NCBI GenBank assembly: GCA_963636335.1
Contig: CAVHJW010000002.1
Coordinates: forward strand, 1-36,792
From: a bacterium
GTDB lineage: Bacteria > Verrucomicrobiota > Kiritimatiellia > RFP12 > UBA1067
Direction: 5' to 3'
DNA length: 36,792 nt
Numbering within the stretch: position 1 is the first letter of the stretch; the number at the start of each line of letters is the position of its first letter. Both the position numbers and the translations under genes were made by a program. This document shows positions 16,898 to 25,134 of this stretch, one piece after another. The notes below the pieces were generated by a model. That model saw only the letters and a program-made list of their open reading frames with translations. It had not been told where the DNA came from and did no database searches.

Positions 16898-18130
16898 TTA
16901 CTTCTTCGGCTCGGGGGCTGTGCCAGACGTGCCGCGCTTCGGCGGCTTGGGCATGAACGGGTTACTCGCCTCATCGCCCGCCTGTGCGAGCGTTGAGGCC
17001 GTTTGATAACCGACAACCGCTTGCTTGCCGAGGTAGGCGTCGGCGTTCTTCAATTCAACGAACGAATCATCGGTCACGCCCTCCTCGACAACGACGGGCG
17101 TAAGACGACCCGTCTCATCTGCGAACCAAATCTTGCGACCTTGCGGAATCTCGCCCGCTGGGCGATCCTCGTCCTTCGGACGGAAGCGGAACGCGGCGGC
17201 GGAAACGACGACCGCGTTCTCCGCGCGCGCCGTTTCAATGGACAAGGTCGCCGTCATGCCAGGGAAGAGCATTTCGTCCGGGTTCTCGGCCTCGATGATG
17301 ACGGGGTAAGTGACAACGTTATTCGTCGTCGTTGAGGCGAGACGAATCTGGCGCACCTTACCCGTGAATTTACGGCGATAGGCATCCGCCGTGAACGTGA
17401 CGATCTGGCCGACCTTGACGCTCCCGACATCGGCTTCAGGGATTGTCGCCTCAACCCAGATGGTCTGCAAATCCTCAGCAATCGTGAGAACGGGCACCGC
17501 GTTCATCGACGAGACAACCGTCTCGCCCTCCTCAACCTTGCGCGCGAGGACGACACCGTTCACGGGCGAACGAATCGTGCAGTAGTCAAGGTCCGCCTTC
17601 GCCTTCGTCACGGAAGCCTCCGACTGCTCAACCGATGCCTTCGCGCTCTCAAGCGACGCGATGGCCGTGTCACGCGCCTCAACGGCCGCATCAAGGTCGG
17701 CCTCCGAGCACATCTCCTTCTTGAAGAGCGCCTCTTTGCGCGCAAGCGTCTTCTCGGCAAGAACGAGCGACGCCTCGCACTGCTTGACCTTCGCCTTATT
17801 GCCGTGCAACTGCCCGAGCGCGTTACGATACGTCGCCTCGTAAACGAGCGGGTCAATGAGCGCGACAATCTGACCGTTTGTCACGGTCGAGTTGTAATCG
17901 ACGAAGAGTTTGAGCACCTTGCCATTCACCTGCGCGCCGACAGGAATACCACTCGGCGTGTTGCGTGGCTGGACCGTGCCAGTCGCCTCAACGGTGCGCA
18001 CGAGATCCGTGCGTGTGATGGGTGCCGTGCGGTACTTCGGCCCCTTCTTGCCGCCAAGCCCCGCGCCCCCCTTGTCGCAACCAGAAAGGAGAAGAAGGGA
18101 TGATACTGAGATGATAAGGAGTTTTTTCAT
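16898..18130 (-). CDS. HlyD/MacA-family periplasmic adaptor (membrane fusion) lipoprotein
   Basis: MKKLLIISVSSLLLLSGC is a signal peptide with a lipobox. It is followed by a coiled-coil hairpin region and beta-barrel segments typical of RND/MacA adaptors. An alternative ATG at 18163 would add 11 aa encoded by AT-rich sequence, so I prefer 18130. Confidence 0.85.
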   Translation of the reverse strand: MKKLLIISVSSLLLLSGCDKGGAGLGGKKGPKYRTAPITRTDLVRTVEATGTVQPRNTPSGIPVGAQVNGKVLKLFVDYNSTVTNGQIVALIDPLVYEATYRNALGQLHGNKAKVKQCEASLVLAEKTLARKEALFKKEMCSEADLDAAVEARDTAIASLESAKASVEQSEASVTKAKADLDYCTIRSPVNGVVLARKVEEGETVVSSMNAVPVLTIAEDLQTIWVEATIPEADVGSVKVGQIVTFTADAYRRKFTGKVRQIRLASTTTNNVVTYPVIIEAENPDEMLFPGMTATLSIETARAENAVVVSAAAFRFRPKDEDRPAGEIPQGRKIWFADETGRLTPVVVEEGVTDDSFVELKNADAYLGKQAVVGYQTASTLAQAGDEASNPFMPKPPKRGTSGTAPEPKK

Positions 18131-18162
18131 AATTGAAAATAAGTGAATGTTAAATCGTTTCA

Positions 18163-18390
18163 TCAAACCCGAGTGGATGACGCATCAAGTCGCGCCACAG
18201 CCGCACGTGCACGAGCCGCCGTGTCACGAACAGATTCACCGACATACATATTTCCCGCTCGCCACTTTGTATAGTCACGCGGATTGCGATTCGTCAACGC
18301 GATGAATCGCTCCGCATTGACATCGCCAAAGGTCTTCACGAGAATCGTGAATCCCCGAAACATCAATTCGCTGTCGCTTATGCGTTCCAT
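18163..18390 (-). CDS. Small (75 aa) putative antitoxin partner of the upstream PIN protein
   Basis: Its start overlaps the PIN stop by 1 nt (TGATG). The size and the 'NRNPRDYTKWR' region resemble the small partner proteins that accompany 'YLDNCCYNRPFD'-type PIN genes. The assignment rests on context. Confidence 0.55.
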   Translation of the reverse strand: MERISDSELMFRGFTILVKTFGDVNAERFIALTNRNPRDYTKWRAGNMYVGESVRDTAARARAAVARLDASSTRV

Positions 18391-18821
18391 CAGTCAATCT
18401 CCCGTATGTAGTCCATGGGGTTTGCAACGCGCATTTCGCCAATCGTGTTAACCTTCTTGAGAATGCCGCGATCCACGGTGAAGAACCAATCACAGCCCGA
18501 AGCAACCGCGCAAGCGAGGTGTATCGCGTCCGCCGACTTAATGCCCAGACGCATATATTCCTCCGCCTGATCCTCAATATCCTCCGTGATATGAACGGTC
18601 TCTGCCGCCCCGAACCGCCAAGGTAAGATCTTCTCACGATGCTCAATGTACGGGCTCTCCATCACCTCGCCCGTCAGCATGTCCGACCAGACATATTCAA
18701 TAATGCCAAGCCTCATTTGAGTCTGAATCTCAAGTTTCGCCTCCGTTTCCAAACGAACGCGCAACGGACCCTGCTCGTCGAAAGGCCGGTTATAGCAACA
18801 ATTATCGAGATAGACCCTCAT
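18390..18821 (-). CDS. PIN-domain ribonuclease (type II toxin-like)
   Basis: 143 aa. N-terminal 'MRVYLDNCCYNRPFDEQ' and an acidic quartet at D6, E25/E27, D98 and D116. GC and codon use differ visibly from the neighbours. Confidence 0.8.
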   Translation of the reverse strand: MRVYLDNCCYNRPFDEQGPLRVRLETEAKLEIQTQMRLGIIEYVWSDMLTGEVMESPYIEHREKILPWRFGAAETVHITEDIEDQAEEYMRLGIKSADAIHLACAVASGCDWFFTVDRGILKKVNTIGEMRVANPMDYIREID

Positions 18822-18847
18822 GGCTTTCGGTCTTCACAAATATTCAA

Positions 18848-20284
18848 TTATTTCTTCGACTGGTCTTCCTTGATCAATTCTTCCTTGAACAGGGGGGCGC
18901 GACCCGTGAGCGCGAAGAGCGCGGCTTCAGCGCGCTGGCCGTCGTAAAACGCCGTGATGCAGTCGCCGCGCGCCTGCGAATCATCGGCGATGGCCTCTGA
19001 AAGTTCAACGCGGCTTGCGCTCCCCACAGCAAACTGCTCGCGCACCGTTTCGAGATTTTCCGCCGCGCTCCGCACGCTCGCGACCGCACTCGCCACCGCG
19101 ACGCGTGAATTGTCGCGATTTGCAATGGCCTTCTCAAGTTCAACGGAGAGCGTCTGCTCGGCCGCATCAACATCTGCCGCCGCACTCTCAAGCGCGACAA
19201 CCGCACGATCGACCGCTGTCGTCTTGCGGAAGCCCTGAAAGATGGACTGCGCGGCCGAAGCACCCCAACGGAAAACCCAAAGAGGATCCGTCCACGTCAG
19301 TGAAGCCGAGACCGAAACCGTGGGATAAAGGTCAGCAATCGCCGCATCAACCGAATGCGAGGCGGCGCGGAATTTCGCGCGCGCGACACGCATAGACGGC
19401 GTATTCGTGCGCGCGAATGCGAAGGCCGCACCCACATCTTCGTCTGTGGCCACGAAGGCGCGCCGCACAGAGTCAAAGCCAACGGACTCCGTTCCAAACG
19501 CCGTTGCCCATGTGCCACGCGAAGCATCAACGCCAAGAGCCTTCATCAGCGTCGCGCCCGTCGTTTCAACGAGGTTTGACGCCGCGACGACATCTTGCCG
19601 CGCCTTGGCGAGGTCGAGCCGCGCCTTCAAAACATCGAGACGATTGGCCTCACCCGCGCGGCGTTTCTCCTCGGCACGCGCGAGATGCTCGGCGTATTGC
19701 TGCTCGTTCGTTGTGGCAACCTCAAGGAGCGAGCGCTTCTCGTAGAAGTTGAAGTAAGCCTCAGCGACCTCCTGAAAGACGCTCAATGACTCGTTCGCGA
19801 GCGAGAGTTCCGCCGCGACAACCTGCTCGGCCTGCGCCTGCGCCTTGGCGGAGTAGCGGCCAAAATCATAAACGAGGAGCTCAAGCGAAATCGCACCCGT
19901 CGCCGCGCCACGCCGTGTTGAAAAGTCGCCATCACGCAGATGCGTGCCCGCGCTCGCTTCGCTGTAAGACGCGCTCGCCGAAAGATGCGGCGCGGTCCAA
20001 GGCGAATCGCTTAGAATGGGCGCATCGGCCGCAAGAGCCTTGAGAGCAAGACGCGCATCGCGCACGGCGAGCGTCTTGGCGACAACCGAGGGGCGATTCG
20101 TGAGCGCGAAATCCGTGAGCGAGGCTAAAGAGGCATGACGAAGATCAACAGATGATTGCTCAACAGCAAGCGCGTCATCGCGCCCCTTTGCTTGAAGCGC
20201 GTCCTGCGCCTCGTGCGCCGAGCGGATCGTCGTGCAGCTCGTCAGCGCGAGAATGGAGAGAAAAGTCAGAGATCGAATGGACAT
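18848..20284 (-). CDS. TolC-family outer-membrane efflux protein (lipoprotein-type signal)
   Basis: 478 aa. The signal is MSIRSLTFLSILALTSC. It has two internally repeated OEP halves rich in Ala/Leu coiled-coil segments. Confidence 0.85.
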   Translation of the reverse strand: MSIRSLTFLSILALTSCTTIRSAHEAQDALQAKGRDDALAVEQSSVDLRHASLASLTDFALTNRPSVVAKTLAVRDARLALKALAADAPILSDSPWTAPHLSASASYSEASAGTHLRDGDFSTRRGAATGAISLELLVYDFGRYSAKAQAQAEQVVAAELSLANESLSVFQEVAEAYFNFYEKRSLLEVATTNEQQYAEHLARAEEKRRAGEANRLDVLKARLDLAKARQDVVAASNLVETTGATLMKALGVDASRGTWATAFGTESVGFDSVRRAFVATDEDVGAAFAFARTNTPSMRVARAKFRAASHSVDAAIADLYPTVSVSASLTWTDPLWVFRWGASAAQSIFQGFRKTTAVDRAVVALESAAADVDAAEQTLSVELEKAIANRDNSRVAVASAVASVRSAAENLETVREQFAVGSASRVELSEAIADDSQARGDCITAFYDGQRAEAALFALTGRAPLFKEELIKEDQSKK

Positions 20285-20294
20285 AATGTGATTT

Positions 20295-20303
20295 ATTATA
20301 TCA
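20295..20303 (-). promoter_or_regulatory. Extended -10 promoter (TGATATAAT) for the TolC-family gene; the mRNA is predicted to be leaderless
   Basis: The minus strand reads TGATATAAT-aaatcacatt-ATG (10 nt). A possible -35 (TTGCAC) lies 18 nt upstream. Confidence 0.6.
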
Positions 20304-20328
20304 TCTTTCCAAACGCTTGTGCAAAGGC

Positions 20329-20367
20329 AAATAAAACGCGCGTCGTGGCCGTATGAGCCACGACGCG
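20329..20367 (-). terminator. Rho-independent terminator after the aminopeptidase gene
   Basis: On the minus strand a perfect 11-bp stem, CGCGTCGTGGC / GCCACGACGCG (20367..20357 and 20349..20339), encloses a 7-nt loop and is followed by cgTTTTATTTg. Confidence 0.8.
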
Positions 20368-20403
20368 TTCAGGCGAATGCTCGCCGAATCAAGAAGCATC
20401 CAA

Positions 20404-21768
20404 TCAGCTTCTCAGGTAGGCCGAGTAAGCGCGATAAGTCTGGTAGCAGTCCTCCTTCGAGACGATCTCCCACGGCGCGTGCATATTGAGCATGGGCGTA
20501 CCCATATCAAGCACCTTCATGCCAAAGCGCGCCATATACTGCGAAATCGTGCCGCCGCCACCCTTCTCCATCTTGCCGAGTTCCGCCATCTGCCACGTGA
20601 CGTCACCCTTCGCCATGATGTCGCGAATCTTCGCGATGAACTCGGGGCCGCAATCACTCGCACCGCCCTTCGTCGCGCCACCCGTGTACTTCGAGGCGGC
20701 AACACCCTTGAAGAGATACGCCGCGTTGCCTGTTGAATCCACATCGGGGAAGTGCGGATCAGCCGCCGCTGTCACATCGGCCGAAAGCATCGTGGACTTC
20801 TCAAGCGCACGACGAACCAGAATGTCGCGCGCATTCTTCTCCTGACGCTCGATCAACTCGGCGACCGTATTCTCGAAGAAGCTCGACTGCATGCCCGTTG
20901 AGCCCATCGAGCCAATCTCTTCCTTGTCGCACATCAGAATTGAGGCCGTGACATCGGGAACATCGTCCGAGGCATCAATAAGCGCCTTGAGCCCCGCGAA
21001 CGAGCAGACGCGGTCATCGTGACCATAACCCGTAATGAGCGCACGGTCAAAACCAACCTCGCGCGGCAGACCGGCTGGAACAATCTCCAGTTCAGCCGAG
21101 AGGAGATCTTCCTCGTCAAGGTCATACGTCTTCTTCAAATATGCGACAAGCCCACCCTTGTCGGCCTTCGGTGCGTCAAAGAGTTCCGCCTTCTTGTCTT
21201 CCTTCGGCGTCGCCCACGAGATGACATCAAGGTCTTCGGCGGCAAAGAACTCATCGCGCGTCCCCTTCGCCTGATCTTTGCCAAGGTGCGGCAGAATGTC
21301 GGAAATGAGAAAGACAGGATCATTCGGCGCGTCACCGACGGCGATTTCAACCTTCGTGCCATCCTTACGCACGACCGTTCCGTAGAGCGCGAGCGGCAAC
21401 GTGAGCCACTGGTACTTCTTAATGCCGCCGTAGATGTGGCAGTCAAAGAAGACGAGGCCACCCTTCTCATAAACGGGCCGCGGCTTCAGGTCAAGGCGCG
21501 GCGCGTCCGTGTGGCCGCCGACCACCTTAAGCCCCGCCTCCGCAATCGACTTCTTACCGATGACCGCCGCCATCACCGTGCGGTCTTCGTAACCGCGATA
21601 AACGCGGTCGCCCGGCTTCAGAGTCTTGAACGTCGAAAGCTCCTTGAAGCCCTTCTTCTTGAGAAGGCGGACGCTCTCGCCGTAGCTGCGCCGCTCGGTC
21701 TTGGCAATGCCCAGATACTGCATATACTGTTCGCAGTATTCCTTCTTTGAAACATACTTCATTTTCAT
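20404..21768 (-). CDS. M18-family aminopeptidase (aminopeptidase 1 / aspartyl aminopeptidase-like)
   Basis: 454 aa from the ATG at 21768 (MKMKYVSKKEY...). Motifs: 'VVGGHTDAPRLDLKP', 'GYGHDDRVC', 'DKEEIGS', 'DMGTPMLNMH'. The longer ORF to 21939 overlaps tlyA. Confidence 0.85.
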   Translation of the reverse strand: MKMKYVSKKEYCEQYMQYLGIAKTERRSYGESVRLLKKKGFKELSTFKTLKPGDRVYRGYEDRTVMAAVIGKKSIAEAGLKVVGGHTDAPRLDLKPRPVYEKGGLVFFDCHIYGGIKKYQWLTLPLALYGTVVRKDGTKVEIAVGDAPNDPVFLISDILPHLGKDQAKGTRDEFFAAEDLDVISWATPKEDKKAELFDAPKADKGGLVAYLKKTYDLDEEDLLSAELEIVPAGLPREVGFDRALITGYGHDDRVCSFAGLKALIDASDDVPDVTASILMCDKEEIGSMGSTGMQSSFFENTVAELIERQEKNARDILVRRALEKSTMLSADVTAAADPHFPDVDSTGNAAYLFKGVAASKYTGGATKGGASDCGPEFIAKIRDIMAKGDVTWQMAELGKMEKGGGGTISQYMARFGMKVLDMGTPMLNMHAPWEIVSKEDCYQTYRAYSAYLRS

Positions 21769-21777
21769 AGTTCTCCT

Positions 21778-21786
21778 ATTATAACA
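21778..21786 (-). promoter_or_regulatory. Extended -10 element (TGTTATAAT) in the 22-nt tlyA/aminopeptidase spacer
   Basis: The minus strand reads TGTTATAAT-aggagaact-ATG (9 nt). The same 9 nt contain AGGAG, which could act as a Shine-Dalgarno on read-through transcripts. Confidence 0.45.
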
Positions 21787-21790
21787 CAGA

Positions 21791-22528
21791 TCATCTCCTC
21801 CGCCACCACGAGAGGTATTCAATATTGCCTTTCTCCTTGCCGCGAATGGGCGACTCGGCGAGACCGAGAAGTTCCAAAGGAAGCGCCGTCTCGGCAAAGT
21901 GGACAATCTCATCGCGTGCCTTAAGGCGCGTCGCCTCATCGCGAACGAGCCCTTCGGGGGCTAGCCCGCGCCCGACCTCAAACTGCGGTTTGATGAGCGC
22001 GACAACCTGCGCGTCCGCATTTAAGACATCGCAGATAGGTGGCAAAATGAGTTTCAGCGAAATAAATGACACGTCCGTCACAGCGAGGGTCGGCTCCTCG
22101 GGGAGGTCGGCTTTCGTCATATAACGCGCATTGAAATTTTCCTTCACCCAGACGCGCGGGTCGGCGCGGAGTTTGTAAGAAAGCTGGTTCGTCCCCACAT
22201 CGACCGCCATCACCTTCTTCGCGCCGTTTTGCAACAGGCAGTCTGTAAAACCGCCTGTCGACGAGCCGACGTCAAGACAGACTTTCCCCGCAGCCGAAAG
22301 GCGCGGCGCCCAAAGATCAAACGCACCCGCTAATTTCTCGCCACCGCGCGAGACGAATCGCGGCGGCGTCTCAATTTCAACGGCCACATCATCCGCGACG
22401 GCGCGCGAGGCCTTCGTCTCAACCTGACCACAGACACGCACCTTTCCTTCAAGAATAAGCGCCTGCGCCCGTGTGCGCGACTCAACGAGCCCACGAGAGA
22501 CGAGAAGGCAATCAAGGCGCGTTTTCAC
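21791..22528 (-). CDS. tlyA: TlyA-family rRNA 2'-O-ribose methyltransferase (S4 + FtsJ domains)
   Basis: 245 aa with a GTG start. It has an S4-like 'RLDCLLVSRGLVESRTRAQALI' and a SAM motif 'CLDVGSSTGGFTDCLLQNGA'. The start overlaps the upstream stop (GTGA). Confidence 0.9.
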   Translation of the reverse strand: MKTRLDCLLVSRGLVESRTRAQALILEGKVRVCGQVETKASRAVADDVAVEIETPPRFVSRGGEKLAGAFDLWAPRLSAAGKVCLDVGSSTGGFTDCLLQNGAKKVMAVDVGTNQLSYKLRADPRVWVKENFNARYMTKADLPEEPTLAVTDVSFISLKLILPPICDVLNADAQVVALIKPQFEVGRGLAPEGLVRDEATRLKARDEIVHFAETALPLELLGLAESPIRGKEKGNIEYLSWWRRR

Positions 22529-23832
22529 GGCGTGGTCAGAAAATCAACCTTCTTCACGATGTTGCGCGGAATCGGATAGGTCGTTCCGGGCTTGATTTCA
22601 ATGACAATCGTCTGATCGTCCTGAGACTTAAACACGCCACGCATCACGCCGTCAAATGTCTCAACCTCAACATTGGGAATAAACGCGCGTTTCAGCGTGA
22701 CGCGATGGTGCTTCGCCGTCTTTTTCGACTGGACGCGCACGGTGCGCGAAACATCAAGATAGCCCTCCTTGCGAACGACGAGTTGATGCTCGCCTTCCAT
22801 CACATTCTCAATCGGAAAAACGGCACTGATTTCATCCTCGCCAACCGCCTTCGTGACGCCGACTTTCTTTCCATCCAGATACACATCCGCGCCGCCCGGG
22901 AGCGTACGCACCTCAATGCGCCCCATCACGTTTGAGAGCACAAACTCCTCGCGCACCGAGCCGCCGTTTTCAAGCGTGATTGTCTTCTCAACAACGCCAA
23001 AGCCTTCTTTCTCACAACGCACCTCGTATGTGCCAGGCTTCAGATTCGCAATCGTAAGTGGCGCGGTGCCGCGCGGCTCGCCATTGACATAAAACGATGC
23101 GCCGCTCGGTTGCGAAAGAAGATGAAGCGTTCCAGGCAAGGCCACGAGAGAAAGAAAGAGCGTCTCCTTTTCGCCCGCATTCATTCTGATTTCGCGCGTT
23201 TCGTCTTTATACCCGTCCTGTTCAATCTTCACGACGGCCGTCCCTTTGGGAATGCCACTTAACGCAAGCGGTGTCACGCCACGCTTCACACCATTCACGA
23301 TGACCGACGCGCCCGCGGGCTCACTCTTGATTTCAAGCGAGCCCGAATCTAGCACCATCTTTTCCTCGCGCACGACGACCTCTCGCCCCTGAAAGCGGAC
23401 GGAAATCTTTTGATCTTGATAGCCCAACTTTGAGAGTTGAATTGTATGCGCTTCTTTAACCGTGAGATTCTCAATAAAGCGCGGCGTCTCGCCAACGTCA
23501 ACGCCATCAATACGAATCTTGCACCCCTCTGGATCCGTCTTGAGAAGAAGAAGACCTGTTTCTTCCTCCAGCGTCTCAGCAAAGTCGACAACCTGCCCCT
23601 CATCCGTCTTGACAAAGACATCCTTCTCGCGGTAGCCGGGGAGCGTGAAATTGAGATGGTGACAACCCGGCTTCACGTCAAAAAGCATCAGCGGCGTCTG
23701 GCCGCGCACCTCGCCATCAAATGACAGCGTGGCACCCTTGGGGTGCGTCATCACGCTCACACGCGCGGCGCGTGGCGCGTCGGCGAATGCGGCAAAACTC
23801 ATGAGCGCCAAGAGGAGAAAGATCTTCTTCAT
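22525..23832 (-). CDS. Secreted protein with five PEGA repeats plus a C-terminal domain of about 60 aa
   Basis: 435 aa with a signal peptide, MKKIFLLLALMSFAAFA. The repeats contain HPKGATLSFDG, DPEGCKIRIDG, EPAGASVIVNG, QPSGASFYVNG and LPGGADVYLDG. Confidence 0.8.
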   Translation of the reverse strand: MKKIFLLLALMSFAAFADAPRAARVSVMTHPKGATLSFDGEVRGQTPLMLFDVKPGCHHLNFTLPGYREKDVFVKTDEGQVVDFAETLEEETGLLLLKTDPEGCKIRIDGVDVGETPRFIENLTVKEAHTIQLSKLGYQDQKISVRFQGREVVVREEKMVLDSGSLEIKSEPAGASVIVNGVKRGVTPLALSGIPKGTAVVKIEQDGYKDETREIRMNAGEKETLFLSLVALPGTLHLLSQPSGASFYVNGEPRGTAPLTIANLKPGTYEVRCEKEGFGVVEKTITLENGGSVREEFVLSNVMGRIEVRTLPGGADVYLDGKKVGVTKAVGEDEISAVFPIENVMEGEHQLVVRKEGYLDVSRTVRVQSKKTAKHHRVTLKRAFIPNVEVETFDGVMRGVFKSQDDQTIVIEIKPGTTYPIPRNIVKKVDFLTTP

Positions 23833-23835
23833 CGC

Positions 23836-25134
23836 TTATTTCCCTCCCTTCTTCAGGTTCGTCTCGGCCGAGACGAGCTTCTGGCGCGCGTCGCGGTTGC
23901 GGGGGTCTTTACGGTCTGGCACCATTTCAAGGAGAATCTTCAGAGCCTCACAGGCGTCCTCCCACTGCGCGAGGTTGAGCGCACGGTCGGCGAGGAAACG
24001 CTGATCCACGTAGCGTGCGTCCAGTTCCTTCTTCGCGCGCGCGAGCCCCTCCTTCGCCTCGGCCGCGCACGCGGGCTTCGGGTTCACCGTCTCAAGATAG
24101 AAGATTGCTTCTTCATAGGCCGAGATGGAGGCGAAGAGATTGCCATAATTGACATCACGCTCGTCCCACTTCGCGCGCGCGAGGCGCGTCGCCTCCTCGG
24201 CGAGTTCAACAAGACGCGCGCGCGAATAGGCAATGGCCCAAACGCCGAGTTCACTCTTTGAGAACGCCTCCAACTTAGCGCGAATCGCGGCAAAGGCCTC
24301 AGGTTCATCGGTGTTGACGACCTCCGCCTCACAGACATCCGTTGCGTAGACGACCTTGAGAGAAAGACTCTCCAAGGCGGGCGGGTCTGGATCAAGACCG
24401 CGCGTTTCGGGCGCGAGGGCGGAGACGGCACCAAAGTCAAGAATCTCATTCAATTCGCGCCGCGCCTCCTCCGAAAGCGTCGCACGCTTCGTGGGCATAC
24501 GGCGGTTATTGAGCGTGTCGTCAATCTTAACCGAAAGAACACCATTGGGCGAAAGCGACAGGAAATAGCGGAAGATGCCACGCGCATCGGCCTTCACCTT
24601 CTCGTAGGAGAGTGAGACAACCGCCGGCTTCTCAACCGTTGAGAGAGCCTTCGACGAAGTGGGGGTCGGCTTAAAGTCGGGCCCAAAGAGAACGAGCGCA
24701 ATCGCCCCGACGAAAACGAGAAGCGCGACCAAAAGAAGATACGGTCTCTTCCGCCGAGCCGGCGTACGCGCGGTTTCGTCCGTCGCCGTCGTCGCGCCAC
24801 CGAGACCGAGATCAACCGTCGTCGACGGCGTGGGTTGATCGCCGACCTGAATGCGCGTCGCGCCGACATCAATGAGATCGCCCGCGCCCAGAAGGCGCGA
24901 CTCCGTGCCGATCGCGCGACCATTCACAAGCGTTCCATTCGCACTCGCGAGATCCGTCACGCGAATGCCGTCCTCGCCCACGGGCTCAAAGAGGCAGTGG
25001 TTACGCGAGAGTTCCTCATCAGGAATCGGAATGTCATTCGAGGACGAGCGACCGAGACGAAGCGGCACAGACACCTCAAAGCGGCGTGTCGCGAGAGGCC
25101 CGTTTAAAACAACAAGTTCGGGACGTTTCGCCAT
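23836..25134 (-). CDS. FHA-domain protein with a single TM segment and a C-terminal domain of about 270 aa (helical, TPR-like end)
   Basis: 432 aa. The FHA signature residues are 'LGRSSSNDIPI...LSRNHC...NGTLVNG'. The TM segment is 'PYLLLVALLVFVGAIALVLFG'. The start overlaps the upstream stop by 1 nt (TAATG). Confidence 0.8.
   Translation of the reverse strand: MAKRPELVVLNGPLATRRFEVSVPLRLGRSSSNDIPIPDEELSRNHCLFEPVGEDGIRVTDLASANGTLVNGRAIGTESRLLGAGDLIDVGATRIQVGDQPTPSTTVDLGLGGATTATDETARTPARRKRPYLLLVALLVFVGAIALVLFGPDFKPTPTSSKALSTVEKPAVVSLSYEKVKADARGIFRYFLSLSPNGVLSVKIDDTLNNRRMPTKRATLSEEARRELNEILDFGAVSALAPETRGLDPDPPALESLSLKVVYATDVCEAEVVNTDEPEAFAAIRAKLEAFSKSELGVWAIAYSRARLVELAEEATRLARAKWDERDVNYGNLFASISAYEEAIFYLETVNPKPACAAEAKEGLARAKKELDARYVDQRFLADRALNLAQWEDACEALKILLEMVPDRKDPRNRDARQKLVSAETNLKKGGK

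Noticed and set aside
18131-18163. An 11-codon N-terminal extension of the MacA-like adaptor, starting at the ATG at 18163 that overlaps the antitoxin stop.
   Set aside because: The extension is AT-rich and unlike local coding sequence. The ATG at 18130 gives a textbook lipoprotein signal peptide (MKKLLIISVSSLLLLSGC). The longer start cannot be excluded.
18822-18847. AT-rich quasi-palindrome (AAATAATTGAATATTT on the minus strand) upstream of the PIN gene, considered as a toxin-antitoxin operator or promoter.
   Set aside because: Only the outer AAATA/TATTT arms pair. There is no TATAAT-type box like those at the other unit starts. The evidence is too weak to call.
21769-21777. AGGAG upstream of the aminopeptidase ATG read simply as a Shine-Dalgarno.
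   Set aside because: Not fully rejected. The spacing is short (4 nt), and the same 22-nt spacer carries TGTTATAAT positioned exactly like the other leaderless promoters, so I list the promoter reading as the primary one. The two may coexist.
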